A stretch of 64,000 nt of DNA from an uncultured Christensenella sp. (GTDB lineage Bacteria > Bacillota > Clostridia > Christensenellales > UBA1242), in assembly GCA_949294455.1 (NCBI GenBank), contig CASFHD010000001.1:76215-140214 (forward strand). The letters run 5' to 3'. Positions within the stretch are counted from its first letter, which is position 1; the number at the start of each line of letters is the position of its first letter. Shown here one piece after another: positions 19,496-29,820 of this stretch. Under the pieces are notes generated by a model, which saw nothing but the letters and a program-made list of their open reading frames with translations, did not search any database and was not told the origin of the DNA. The position numbers and the translations under genes were made by a program.

Positions 19496-19750
19496 ATGAA
19501 AGCGTTTAAAATAATTGCATTTGTGTTAACAATTATAGGTGGATTAAATTGGCTTACTATAGGAATGTTGCAATACGATTTTGTTGCAGGAATATTTGGC
19601 ACACAAGCAAATTTATTTAGCAGAATTATTTATACTCTTGTAGGAGTTTCTAGTGTATATGTATTAATATCAACAATTTTCAATCATTTTGTCTTTGATT
19701 TTAAAAGCAAAAAAAATACTAATACTGAAATGAAAAAAGAGAGCAATTAG
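19496..19750 (+). CDS. DUF378 family small membrane protein
   Basis: GGLNWLTIGMLQYDFVAGIFG is the DUF378 signature. Two TM segments. AGGAG RBS. Confidence 0.85.
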   Translation: MKAFKIIAFVLTIIGGLNWLTIGMLQYDFVAGIFGTQANLFSRIIYTLVGVSSVYVLISTIFNHFVFDFKSKKNTNTEMKKESN

Positions 19751-21234
19751 TAAATAACACTCTCTTTTCCATTCAACCAACTTTCAAAAAAAGAATTTAA
19801 GTCAATTTTTGAACTTTGTACTATTGTATTAATTAAATCATCTTGGTTTGCATTTTGATATGCGAACCTTTTTGCATATACAGACAGTGCGGTAATTAAT
19901 TTATCTTTAATAATGTTTTTAAGGCTATCGTACATCATAACGCCTTTTACATATACAGAGTAAACATATTCAACTTCTGAACTGAAATCATCCAAATTTT
20001 TATTCATTGAAGTGTCAACTTCGCCTAAAACATCTTGATAAACTGTTACATAAAATTCAAAGTTAGAATAACACGCTTTAACTATATCACTGCTTAATTT
20101 GTTGTATCCGTCATTATAATCATAAAATATAGCGGTTGAAAATTCAGTCAAACTTTCATCTAGCCAAGCCTCATCATACTCATTATTACCGACAAGTGAA
20201 TACCACCATTGATGTGCCGTTTCGTGAATTATACAATTCAAATAATCGTCATAGTCTTTAATTGAATTTGATATCATAACAAGATTAGGATATTCCATTC
20301 CGCCATAACAAAAATCTGCTTGAACTACATTGTAATTATCGTACGGATATTCGCAAAATAAATTGCTAAAAGTCTTAATCGAATCCACAGCACAACTTAG
20401 AGATTTTTGATAATTTTCATCGTCTGTGTAGTAATAATTTATATTAATATCATTGTAAGTAGTAGAATGAACTTTTAAATTCTCGCCACCCACTATACTA
20501 AAATCTCTAATTGCATTATTTGATATTTCGTAACAAGTTTTTCCATTTGTTTTAGTTTTGCTATTAATGTTACCTGAAAAAGCAAATGTCAAATCGCTAT
20601 CCGCTGTAAAGTTTACTACATAATTTGACACCTCGCTATAAAATGGGTCGCCTATTTTGTTGTAAGTGTGCGTATCCCAAACTCCGTCTTCATACACGCA
20701 GGCTATAGGATAAAAATTATTAATGTTATATGTATTTTCGCCATATCCGAATCTATGATTGCAGTTAGGCAATATCACATTATATTCAAAATATATTTCC
20801 ACACTTTCATTTGGGTAAAATGGAATATCTATCAAAATGCTTGCAATTTCTTTTGTCATACTAGCATAGTTTAGACTAATATCTACACCATTTAACTTGC
20901 ACCTTGTAATTTCAATTTTACCAAAACTTTTACCATTATAATAGCAAGTTGAATAATTATTAGAACTTACAGGACTTTCAACTAGTTCGCTAAAACTATT
21001 AGGATATAAATGAAAATATACTTCCTTTAATATATCATTTGACCTATTTACATATTTTAGGGTTTGTTTTGCATTTAGCGTTTTTGTATTCCTGTCAAAA
21101 TCAATATCAATGTTATATGTTGAAATATTTTTAGGTGCTTCAATTAGTTTATCTTCTTTTTTGCAACCACTAAATATTGTAGAAATACATATAATTAATA
21201 AAGTTAATATTATTATTTTTTTTAATTTCTTCAT
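19747..21234 (-). CDS. M1-family zinc metallopeptidase, lipoprotein
   Basis: Lipobox FSGC at the N-terminus. Gluzincin motif IIHETAHQWW followed by WLDESLTEF (HExxH-18x-E). Confidence 0.85.
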   Translation of the reverse strand: MKKLKKIIILTLLIICISTIFSGCKKEDKLIEAPKNISTYNIDIDFDRNTKTLNAKQTLKYVNRSNDILKEVYFHLYPNSFSELVESPVSSNNYSTCYYNGKSFGKIEITRCKLNGVDISLNYASMTKEIASILIDIPFYPNESVEIYFEYNVILPNCNHRFGYGENTYNINNFYPIACVYEDGVWDTHTYNKIGDPFYSEVSNYVVNFTADSDLTFAFSGNINSKTKTNGKTCYEISNNAIRDFSIVGGENLKVHSTTYNDININYYYTDDENYQKSLSCAVDSIKTFSNLFCEYPYDNYNVVQADFCYGGMEYPNLVMISNSIKDYDDYLNCIIHETAHQWWYSLVGNNEYDEAWLDESLTEFSTAIFYDYNDGYNKLSSDIVKACYSNFEFYVTVYQDVLGEVDTSMNKNLDDFSSEVEYVYSVYVKGVMMYDSLKNIIKDKLITALSVYAKRFAYQNANQDDLINTIVQSSKIDLNSFFESWLNGKESVIY

Positions 21235-21332
21235 TCTATAATGTATTAAAGTTTAATAAAGTTTATTCATTTTTTATTTACAATTTATATAAATTTATGT
21301 ATAATATAGGTCATAAATTATAGGAGGTTTAA

Positions 21333-22793
21333 ATGGCGTTTTGTAGTTTTAGCAAAATTGACGAAGAAAAGACATCTACATTGTTAGATAACCAATTTAT
21401 TTTCGAATATATGCCTGAATCTCCAAGCATTTGTGCTAAAGTTTATATTTTAGGGCTGTCATTATGTCAAAATCCTAATAACCCAAATAATAACATAAAG
21501 TATTTTGCAAATATTTTAAATGTTTGTGAAGATGATATAATTAGTGCTTTTATGTATTGGCAAGAATTGGGTCTTGTAGAAGTTTTAAATATTTCACCTG
21601 TTGAAATAAGATTTTTACCTATGAACAAAGACAAAATTAAAATGCGTACTTATAATCCTTCTGTTTACAAAGATTTTAATATTCAAATGCAAGAAATTAT
21701 TTCTAAACGCCAACTAACTCCTACCGAACTAGACGAATATTACAGAATTATTGAAGACTATCATCTAACTCAAGAAGCTCTTATTATGATTGCTAAATAT
21801 TGCGCTGATTTAAAGGGCGAAAATGTAAGTCGCTCGTATATTTCCACAGTTGCAAAAAATTGGGCAAAAGAGGGAATTTTAAATTTTGAAGATGTTGAAA
21901 AGAAAATTGAAAGTTTAGGTATTCTTGATGATAACTTGAATTTGTTATTTAATGCTTTAGGTATAAAAAGAAATGCCACTATTGATGACAGAGAATATTT
22001 GAATAAATGGATAAAAACTTTGGGTTTTGATATGAGTGTCATACTGCATATACCAAAAACTATTAGAATCAGAAAAAGATTAGATTTAATAGACCTTGAT
22101 AATCAACTGATGAAATATTATGAAATGAAATTATTTTCAATAAAAGAAATTGATGATTATGAAAAGAATAAATCAGATTTATTCAACACCGCAAAACAAG
22201 TGGTTAAAAGTTTGGGCTTATACTATGATGACCTTTCAAAAGTTGTTGATACATATATAATACCATTTATTAATATGGGTTATGATGAAATAACATTAAC
22301 GCAAATGGCAGATTATTGTTTCAAACACTCAATAAGAACGCTTGATTCTTTTAACGCTTTTGTTGGCAAAATGTATTCGTTAGGAATTACCAATGTAATT
22401 AGTTTTGCGGAATATCTTGAAAACATTGCTGTATATGATACAAAGATTAAAGAGATTTTATTTAACCTAAATATTTTAAGAAATGTAAATAATTATGATA
22501 GGGCTATGTACAAAACCTGGATTTCTGATTGGAATTTTGATGATGAATTGATTAGTTATGCAACAAGTTTGTCAGCAGGTACTCAAAATCCTATGCAATA
22601 TATGAACAAATTGTTATCTAATTGGTACACTTTAAAAATTAATACTATTGAAAAGGCAAAAGCAAATAGTCAAACTGTAAAGAACGCACCAAATACGCAA
22701 AAAGACAAATTAAATGAAAGTTACAAACAAACTAATTTTTCAAAAGAATTTTTAGACAGTTTAATTACCAACTTGGACGAGGTTGATGTATGA
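21333..22793 (+). CDS. DnaD-domain replication initiation / membrane attachment protein (B. subtilis DnaB-like)
   Basis: 486 aa with repeated DnaB_2/DnaD-like segments (YISTVAKNWAKEGI ... YMNKLLSNWY). Translationally coupled (ATGA overlap) to the dnaI-like gene, as in the dnaB-dnaI operon. Confidence 0.7.
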   Translation: MAFCSFSKIDEEKTSTLLDNQFIFEYMPESPSICAKVYILGLSLCQNPNNPNNNIKYFANILNVCEDDIISAFMYWQELGLVEVLNISPVEIRFLPMNKDKIKMRTYNPSVYKDFNIQMQEIISKRQLTPTELDEYYRIIEDYHLTQEALIMIAKYCADLKGENVSRSYISTVAKNWAKEGILNFEDVEKKIESLGILDDNLNLLFNALGIKRNATIDDREYLNKWIKTLGFDMSVILHIPKTIRIRKRLDLIDLDNQLMKYYEMKLFSIKEIDDYEKNKSDLFNTAKQVVKSLGLYYDDLSKVVDTYIIPFINMGYDEITLTQMADYCFKHSIRTLDSFNAFVGKMYSLGITNVISFAEYLENIAVYDTKIKEILFNLNILRNVNNYDRAMYKTWISDWNFDDELISYATSLSAGTQNPMQYMNKLLSNWYTLKINTIEKAKANSQTVKNAPNTQKDKLNESYKQTNFSKEFLDSLITNLDEVDV

Positions 22794-23707
22794 CAAAAGC
22801 AGAAATATTAAAACAAGTTTTAAGCGAACAAAAAATAAAAAGAGAACAGATTGAAACTGATTGTAAAGTTGCTTTGCAAAAATATTTAAACAATCTTGAA
22901 TTTAAAAATGCGTATGAAAATTACAATAAAAAATTAATTAATTATGCAAAAGCAAAACATCAATCAATTGATGTAGATATTGCTTTGCAAGATTTAAATA
23001 TTGAAAAACTGGCATTTGAAAATGTATTAAAAAAATTAAACATTGACAAAAATTCTTTATTTCCTAATTACGAGTGTAAAATTTGTAAAGATAGAGGAAT
23101 AGTTAATGGAAAATACTGTTCTTGTGTTATGAATAAGGTAAATATTAAGTTGCAAAATCTTTCAAAATCAGCAACTAGTTTGCAAACATTTGAAAACAGC
23201 GATGAACGAGTTCTAAACGCCGACAAAAATTTGCAAAAAACTTATGATGTAATACTAAAATGGATTGACAACTTTGAAAACACACAAATTAAAAATATAA
23301 ACTTCATAGGGCAGGCAGGAACAGGAAAAACATTCCTTTTAGAATGTATTGCTTCAAAACTTTTAAAAATGGGTGTAAATGTTCATTTTACTACAGCATT
23401 TTCATTAATTAACGAATGCAAAAATTATCATTTTTCAAAACCTAGTTTACTTGAAGAATACCTAAATTGTAAAGCACTGATAATTGACGATTTAGGGTGC
23501 GAGCCTATTATTAAAAATATAACTATTGAATATTTATACAATATCATTAGTTTAAGACAAAAAAACGGCTTGGCTACCTTGATTTCCACAAACCTTGACA
23601 GAGAAGACTTGTTGGACAGATATGATATGCGAATTTTTTCGAGATTGTTTTTGAAAAAAGTATCATTGACTGTATTATTCTCAAATAAAGATTTAAGGAC
23701 TCATTAA
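22790..23707 (+). CDS. dnaI: Primosomal helicase loader DnaI (IstB-like AAA+ ATPase)
   Basis: N-terminal Cys cluster CKICKDRGIVNGKYCSC. Walker A GQAGTGKTF. Walker B LIIDDLG. Confidence 0.8.
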   Translation: MTKAEILKQVLSEQKIKREQIETDCKVALQKYLNNLEFKNAYENYNKKLINYAKAKHQSIDVDIALQDLNIEKLAFENVLKKLNIDKNSLFPNYECKICKDRGIVNGKYCSCVMNKVNIKLQNLSKSATSLQTFENSDERVLNADKNLQKTYDVILKWIDNFENTQIKNINFIGQAGTGKTFLLECIASKLLKMGVNVHFTTAFSLINECKNYHFSKPSLLEEYLNCKALIIDDLGCEPIIKNITIEYLYNIISLRQKNGLATLISTNLDREDLLDRYDMRIFSRLFLKKVSLTVLFSNKDLRTH

Positions 23708-24585
23708 ACGTCCTTATTTTTATTCATATATAGATTTAATCCCATTTTGTTACAACGAAGATCTACTTTGTCATATTCATACAATTCGCCATCTAAATTA
23801 ATTGTTATTGGCTGGTCATCATTTTTACTAATTTCAATACCTTCTGCCCATATTTGCTTTGTAAAATCTTTGTATATATGTTTACCTTTTAAAAATGATG
23901 ATAATAAAAATAATCTTTTTCTAGGTGGCAAATAATCTATTTGTACAATATTCAATAACCCATCTTGCAAATTGGATAACGGACTTACATGCATTCCACT
24001 ACCAAAATATTCACCATTACATATTGCTAACAATAACATTCTTTTATCTTTTTCAGATTTTTCATCAGTATTATATGAAAAGGTATATCCATCAACTTTT
24101 CCTATTACACTTATGGCAGATTTTAAATAGGTAAATTTACCCTTTCTTTTAGAAGAATTAAATTTTTTTATAACATCTACATCTAAACCACAAGATGCAG
24201 TATTAATAGCCTTTTTATCATTACATTCAATATAATCTAACTTTTCAACATTTCCCTGCATTATAATATCTAATGCTTTCAAAGGCTTTTTAGGTAAATT
24301 AATGGCTTTACAAAAATCATTGCCTGTGCCGGCTGGTATAATTCCAAGATTAATTTTTGACAAGTCTTCAACACCATTAATAAATTCGTGCAATGTTCCA
24401 TCTCCGCCTATTACAATAAACTCTGTTTCGGTTTGACTTAATTTTTTAGCAATTTCAATTGTTTGACCTTTAGTTTCACTATAAAAGACTTGAAATGGCA
24501 AATCATTTTTCTTAAAATATTTAGCAATTGTTTTAATTGCTTTTTTTGCTTTTTTCTTTATAGGATTTACAATTATATTAAACAT
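23704..24585 (-). CDS. Diacylglycerol/lipid kinase family protein (YegS/DagK type)
   Basis: VIGGDGTLHEFINGV and PAGTGNDF are the signature motifs. Confidence 0.85.
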   Translation of the reverse strand: MFNIIVNPIKKKAKKAIKTIAKYFKKNDLPFQVFYSETKGQTIEIAKKLSQTETEFIVIGGDGTLHEFINGVEDLSKINLGIIPAGTGNDFCKAINLPKKPLKALDIIMQGNVEKLDYIECNDKKAINTASCGLDVDVIKKFNSSKRKGKFTYLKSAISVIGKVDGYTFSYNTDEKSEKDKRMLLLAICNGEYFGSGMHVSPLSNLQDGLLNIVQIDYLPPRKRLFLLSSFLKGKHIYKDFTKQIWAEGIEISKNDDQPITINLDGELYEYDKVDLRCNKMGLNLYMNKNKDV

Positions 24586-24746
24586 TTTGTCCCTTTTTAA
24601 TTTTAGATAATAATATTATACCCAAATTATTTTATTTTGTAAATGTTTTTTGATATAATGTTAATTGCCATTCTTTAATAGAATGATTATTTATTATTTT
24701 ACATTTTATCAAAAAATATTTATATTTAATAACAAAAGGAAAAAAT

Positions 24747-26051
24747 ATGACTAATACCACACTTTTACTTATAATTTCTGCTATATCTTTAATATGTATA
24801 ACAGGTTTGTTTCTTGTAATTATTAAAAAAATCAAATCATCTAACAACAATTCTCAATCAATAGATGTTCAAAATTTTTCAAAAGACATTGCAAACTTAA
24901 AAGAACAATTTATTCAAGTTACATCATTACTTAATTCAAATGTAAATTCTAATCTTCAAAAAAGTGAAGCTACCACTCATAATTTAATAAATTCAATTCA
25001 GGTTACTCAAAAAAATGATTTTGTAAATATCGAGAAAAAAGTAGATGATTTAATTTACAAAAATGAAGTTCGCATCGCAAGACTGACAGATGAAGTTAAT
25101 AAATCGTTAAGTTTAATGCGTGTCGAAAATGAAAAAAAATTAGAACAAATGCGTGAAACCGTAGATGAAAAATTAAACAATTCGTTGAGTCAAAGATTAA
25201 ATGAAAGTTTTTCAAAAATACAATCTAGCCTTGAACACGTAGATTTAGGTCTTGGAGAAATGAAAGCGCTAGCCAACGGTGTTGGAGATTTAAAAAAAAT
25301 GTTAGGGAATGTAAAGACAAGAGGTGTATGGGGCGAAGTAATGTTAAACAGCCTTTTAGAACAAATATTATCTCCTAGTCAATATATGTCGCAAGTACAA
25401 ATTAAAGAAAACTCTCGCGAACGAGTAGATTTCGTAGTTATAATGCCAGGAAAAGATGATAAAGAGATATATCTTCCAATAGATAGTAAATTCCCTTTAG
25501 ATGATTATTATAGACTAGCAGAAGCATCAGATATGGCTTTAATTGAAGAAATGGATAAATGCCATAAAGCCATTGCTAAAAGAATTAAAGAAGAAGCAAA
25601 AAAAATATCAGAAAAATACATAATGGTGCCAGCAACTACAGATTTTGCAGTTATGTTTTTGCCAATTGAAGGCTTATATGCTGAAGTAGTTAGAGATGTT
25701 GAACTTATAAATTATGTTCAAAACGAATGTAAAGTAATTGTATCTGGACCAACCACACTTGTCGCACTTTTGAATTCATTGCAAATGGGATTTAAAACAT
25801 TGTCTATTGAAAAGCGTTCAAGTGAGATATGGTCAGTTTTATCAGAATTTAAAAATGAATTTGAAAAATTTGTTTCACTACTTTTAAAAACTCAAAACAA
25901 AATATCAGATGCTAATGACACAATTGAGCAAGCCACTAAATCTTCAAAGAAGATTGCAAAAAAATTATCAGATGTTTCCACCGTAGTAGGCGTTGACTAT
26001 GATAGTACTAACAAACTAGACGCTCCTAATGATAATGACGATAATAAATAA
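24747..26051 (+). CDS. rmuC: DNA recombination protein RmuC
   Basis: N-terminal TM and coiled coil. RGVWGEVMLNSLLEQIL and FAVMFLPIEGLY are typical RmuC motifs. Confidence 0.9.
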   Translation: MTNTTLLLIISAISLICITGLFLVIIKKIKSSNNNSQSIDVQNFSKDIANLKEQFIQVTSLLNSNVNSNLQKSEATTHNLINSIQVTQKNDFVNIEKKVDDLIYKNEVRIARLTDEVNKSLSLMRVENEKKLEQMRETVDEKLNNSLSQRLNESFSKIQSSLEHVDLGLGEMKALANGVGDLKKMLGNVKTRGVWGEVMLNSLLEQILSPSQYMSQVQIKENSRERVDFVVIMPGKDDKEIYLPIDSKFPLDDYYRLAEASDMALIEEMDKCHKAIAKRIKEEAKKISEKYIMVPATTDFAVMFLPIEGLYAEVVRDVELINYVQNECKVIVSGPTTLVALLNSLQMGFKTLSIEKRSSEIWSVLSEFKNEFEKFVSLLLKTQNKISDANDTIEQATKSSKKIAKKLSDVSTVVGVDYDSTNKLDAPNDNDDNK

Positions 26052-26114
26052 GTTTTATAAATGCGTGCATAATAAAAGTATAAAATTCGACAAAATTTTA
26101 TAAATCAGGTAATT

Positions 26115-27482
26115 ATGCATCATTTTTTTAATAAAATCACAAAATTTTTAATATTTTTGTTAATTATTTTTGCAATAATTATTTTTTCGTATACTAGTCT
26201 AATGATTAATATTGATACTACACACGCTTTAGAAAATACTACACAAGATACTACATTTTTTGATTTGCATTATGAGGGAAAACATTTTAACTTTAGTGCA
26301 TCAGAATTCAAAATTTTTTCTAAAGTTTTTATGATTAATGAGAAAATTTCAAAATATAAAAGAAATGGTTCAAAATCCGATAAAATTCAAATTTTAAATA
26401 GAGCAATTAATTTAGGATTAGACCTTGATATTGCATTCAATTATATTTTCCCAGGATTAGATGAAAAAATAAATAAAATTGAAAAATGGGTAAACACAAA
26501 ATCCACAGATGCAAGCGTAAAAATAAATAAATACAGCAATAATCCTATCACTATAAACAAAGAAATAGTTGGAATAACATTAGATAAAGATAAATTATTT
26601 AAGATGATGTATATCGCCTACACAAAAACTAATTATGTAGATTTAGAAATTCCTATAATAAAAACAATGCCAAAGATTACAAAGGAAAAATTGTTATTGC
26701 AAACAAATAAATTAAGTGAATTTAAAACAAACATTTCAACTTCATCAAATGCTAGAAAACATAATATTAAACTTGCACTAAATTCTATAAATGGGAAAAT
26801 TTTACAGCCAAATGAAACCTTTTCATTTAATGAAATAGTTGGAAACCGAACTGAAAATAGAGGTTATAAAATAGCAAAAGTTATAACTAATGGAGAATTT
26901 GTTGAAGGAATAGGTGGCGGAGTATGTCAAGTTTCAACAACAGTATATAATGCAATGTTATTAGCAGGCTTAACCCCAATTATAAGTTTTCATCACAGCC
27001 AACGAGTATCGTATGTACCAATAGGGTTAGATGCTATGGTAAATTATGGCACTGCAGATTTAAAATTCAAAAATACAAGTCAATATCCTGTATATATTTT
27101 TACAACCTTTTCAAATAATGAAATAGGCGTGAAATTTTATGGTTATAAAATAGATAATATATCATATAAATTAATTTCTAATATTGAAAAAACAATATCC
27201 AGCGACAACGAGAAAATTGAATATGATAAAGAGAAAAAATACACTGATAAAATTATTTATGATGACGAATTTTTTTACTTAAAAAAGCATATAGACGGAT
27301 ATGTTGTAAATTCATATAGACTAACAATTAAAGACGGAGTTGTAATAAATAAAGAGTTGTTAAGACATGATACTTATAAGCCACAAACAGCAATAAAAAT
27401 TTATGGCGTAGAAAAAAGACCTAAAATCAGTGGAAATGTGGATAACTCAGTGGATAACTTGAAAAAATTGTGTATTTATTAG
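26115..27482 (+). CDS. VanW-domain protein
   Basis: N-terminal TM. VanW core GGGVCQVSTTVYNAMLLAGL. Confidence 0.85.
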   Translation: MHHFFNKITKFLIFLLIIFAIIIFSYTSLMINIDTTHALENTTQDTTFFDLHYEGKHFNFSASEFKIFSKVFMINEKISKYKRNGSKSDKIQILNRAINLGLDLDIAFNYIFPGLDEKINKIEKWVNTKSTDASVKINKYSNNPITINKEIVGITLDKDKLFKMMYIAYTKTNYVDLEIPIIKTMPKITKEKLLLQTNKLSEFKTNISTSSNARKHNIKLALNSINGKILQPNETFSFNEIVGNRTENRGYKIAKVITNGEFVEGIGGGVCQVSTTVYNAMLLAGLTPIISFHHSQRVSYVPIGLDAMVNYGTADLKFKNTSQYPVYIFTTFSNNEIGVKFYGYKIDNISYKLISNIEKTISSDNEKIEYDKEKKYTDKIIYDDEFFYLKKHIDGYVVNSYRLTIKDGVVINKELLRHDTYKPQTAIKIYGVEKRPKISGNVDNSVDNLKKLCIY

Positions 27483-27491
27483 CAAAAACTA

Positions 27492-27704
27492 TTAATTTAT
27501 GGAATATATAGTATTGTGAATTTGTTCTATATTGTGGATAACTTGCTCACAACACTTTAATTTGTCTGATAAAATTTTTGCCTTATTTTCTAAATTATCA
27601 AAAAAATTATCAATCTGGAATTTTGCAACTTTACACTCAATTAAATTTTTATTTATCCAAATTTCTAATTTGTTTAACTCTAATTCATTTAAAATGTTTA
27701 ACAT
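27492..27704 (-). CDS. Small hypothetical coiled-coil protein (uncertain gene)
   Basis: 70-aa ORF with helix-like composition. No clear RBS. A 60-aa ORF overlaps it on the other strand. Confidence 0.3.
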   Translation of the reverse strand: MLNILNELELNKLEIWINKNLIECKVAKFQIDNFFDNLENKAKILSDKLKCCEQVIHNIEQIHNTIYSIN

Positions 27705-27814
27705 TCATATATAATAATAAGAAATTATAAATTTATGACAATAGACTGACATTCTCTTTACATTTTGACAAAAATATGTTATATTATATAATAAAATTAA
27801 TTTTAGGAGAAAAT

Positions 27815-28390
27815 ATGGACAAAAAAACAAACAGATTATACTTGTACACCTTTATAACTTTATTGATAGCATTATCTGTAAAATATTTTTATTTAACAGG
27901 ATTATCTATTACAATACCTTTAGTTGCTAGTTTGGTATTTGTTATGATTTCATTAAAAATGCTATCAAATGATAACGACTTTTTCAAAAAAAATAAACTG
28001 CCTTACATAACTCAATTTGCTTCTACAACTATCGTAGCTATAGCCTTTATTATAAACGACATTTGCACAGTTTTATTATATAATTACGAATGGATATTTT
28101 CTGTAATTTTATTCCTTGCTTTAATGGGTGCAATATTTATTCTAGTGTACTACACATTAAAACTAATGAATTTCAAAATTGAATTGAAAAAAAATAAAAA
28201 AGTTTACGATAAGTCAGTTCCCAAAGAAGTAATAACTGGTGAATTTGAACAAAAACCAAATAATATAAAAAAGAACGAACAAATAGATGCAGAAAATAAT
28301 GATAGCAATAAAAATCTTTCAACAACATCTAACTTGCCTGAAGAAATAATAATAGATGATAAAGATTTAGATGATTCAAAAAATGAATAA
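27815..28390 (+). CDS. Hypothetical membrane protein with an acidic Asn/Asp-rich C-terminal tail
   Basis: Start set at ATG 27815 (MDKKTN...), with AGGAG 6 nt upstream. Four predicted TM segments. Confidence 0.6.
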   Translation: MDKKTNRLYLYTFITLLIALSVKYFYLTGLSITIPLVASLVFVMISLKMLSNDNDFFKKNKLPYITQFASTTIVAIAFIINDICTVLLYNYEWIFSVILFLALMGAIFILVYYTLKLMNFKIELKKNKKVYDKSVPKEVITGEFEQKPNNIKKNEQIDAENNDSNKNLSTTSNLPEEIIIDDKDLDDSKNE

Positions 28391-28476
28391 ACTTGATTTA
28401 TAATTAAAATTAACTATTGATTTTTATATATTTTTGATATATAATGTTGATAGTTAATTTTTTTAAAAGGAATAAT

Positions 28477-29820
28477 ATGGAAAAAGTTTACGATTATATC
28501 ATAAAAAATCAACTTATTAAACCAGGTGAAATTATTGGTGTTGCTTGTAGCGGTGGCAGGGATAGTATTGCCTTACTTCATTATTTAAACAGCATAAAAG
28601 ATAGTTTAGAATGTAAAGTTCTTGCTATAAATGTTGACCACTGCATACGCGAAAAAAGTGCAATGGACACAATATTTGTTGAAGATTTTTGTAAAGAAAA
28701 TAAAATCAAACTTTATAAATTTAAAGTTGACGCATTGAAAATTGCAAGGGAAGAAGGCATAGGTACAGAAGAAGCAGCCAGAAAGGCACGCTATGGAGTG
28801 TTTGAAGCCCTTGTTCAAAAAGGTGTAGTTGACAAAATTGCACTTGCTCACCATTTATCTGATCAAACTGAAACAATATTATTAAATATTTTTAGAGGTT
28901 CTGGAATTACAGGTGCTAAAGGAATGTCACCTATTAGAGATGGCATTTATATTAGACCATTTCTATCAACTTCTCGTGAAGAAATAGACAAATATAATTC
29001 TGATAATGTGTTAAGTTTTGTAGAAGACGAAACAAATAAAGATAACGGTTATGCTAGGAATTTTTTAAGAAATATAGTTATTCCAATGATTAAAAAACAT
29101 TTCCCAGCACTCGACAAGAATTTGCAAAACTTTAAAGATAATTGCACAGAAGATTTAGAGTATATTAATAGTCAAATACCAAAAAACGCCTACATTAAAA
29201 ATAAAGATGTTATAAGACTGCCAATATCTATGATACAATTTCCACCAGCAATAATAAATCGTATATTATTAGAAATATTATCAAATTACACCTATAAAGA
29301 TATTGAAAGAAAACACATAAATATTATCAAACAATTTGCAATAGAGGCAAAAAATGGATCTGCTATTAATTTACCTGAAGGCATAAAGGTTTATAAAGAA
29401 TACGATTTCATAACTTTTACACCAAAAACTGATAAAACCACTGAATTAGACTACACTTTCAAAAAAGGCAAAACTTACATTCCAGGATTTGGTGGAATTA
29501 GAGTCGTTTCATCAAAAGTATTTAATGAAATTAAGGAAAATCAACAAGTAGTAGATGCCTTTAGAATACCAGAAAACGCAAAGTGGAGATTTATGGAAGA
29601 AGGCGACTTATTTAAACCATTCAAATCAACAACTGAAAGAAAATTGGCAGATTACTTTACAGAGAAAAAAATTCCTAAAAGACTTAGGAATAACATACCT
29701 GTATTAGCAAATGGTAAAAAGATATTATTAATTGCAGATGTTGAAATAAGTGATGATGTAAAAGTAACAGATGATTCAACAGAATTATATAAAATAAATT
29801 ATACTAAGGATTTATATTAA
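28477..29820 (+). CDS. tilS: tRNA(Ile)-lysidine synthase TilS
   Basis: PP-loop GVACSGGRDSIALL, ALAHHLSDQTETILLNIFRG, and a C-terminal TilS domain. Start set at MEKVYDY (28477). Confidence 0.9.
   Translation: MEKVYDYIIKNQLIKPGEIIGVACSGGRDSIALLHYLNSIKDSLECKVLAINVDHCIREKSAMDTIFVEDFCKENKIKLYKFKVDALKIAREEGIGTEEAARKARYGVFEALVQKGVVDKIALAHHLSDQTETILLNIFRGSGITGAKGMSPIRDGIYIRPFLSTSREEIDKYNSDNVLSFVEDETNKDNGYARNFLRNIVIPMIKKHFPALDKNLQNFKDNCTEDLEYINSQIPKNAYIKNKDVIRLPISMIQFPPAIINRILLEILSNYTYKDIERKHINIIKQFAIEAKNGSAINLPEGIKVYKEYDFITFTPKTDKTTELDYTFKKGKTYIPGFGGIRVVSSKVFNEIKENQQVVDAFRIPENAKWRFMEEGDLFKPFKSTTERKLADYFTEKKIPKRLRNNIPVLANGKKILLIADVEISDDVKVTDDSTELYKINYTKDLY

Noticed and set aside
24632-24850. 72-aa minus-strand ORF at the rmuC start
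   Set aside because: It overlaps the rmuC N-terminal TM-coding region and promoter, has no RBS, and resembles no family.
27532-27714. 60-aa plus-strand ORF opposite the 27492..27704 ORF
   Set aside because: The two ORFs are mutually exclusive. The minus-strand product looks more protein-like (amphipathic helix), but neither has a convincing RBS. Only the minus-strand one is reported, at low confidence.
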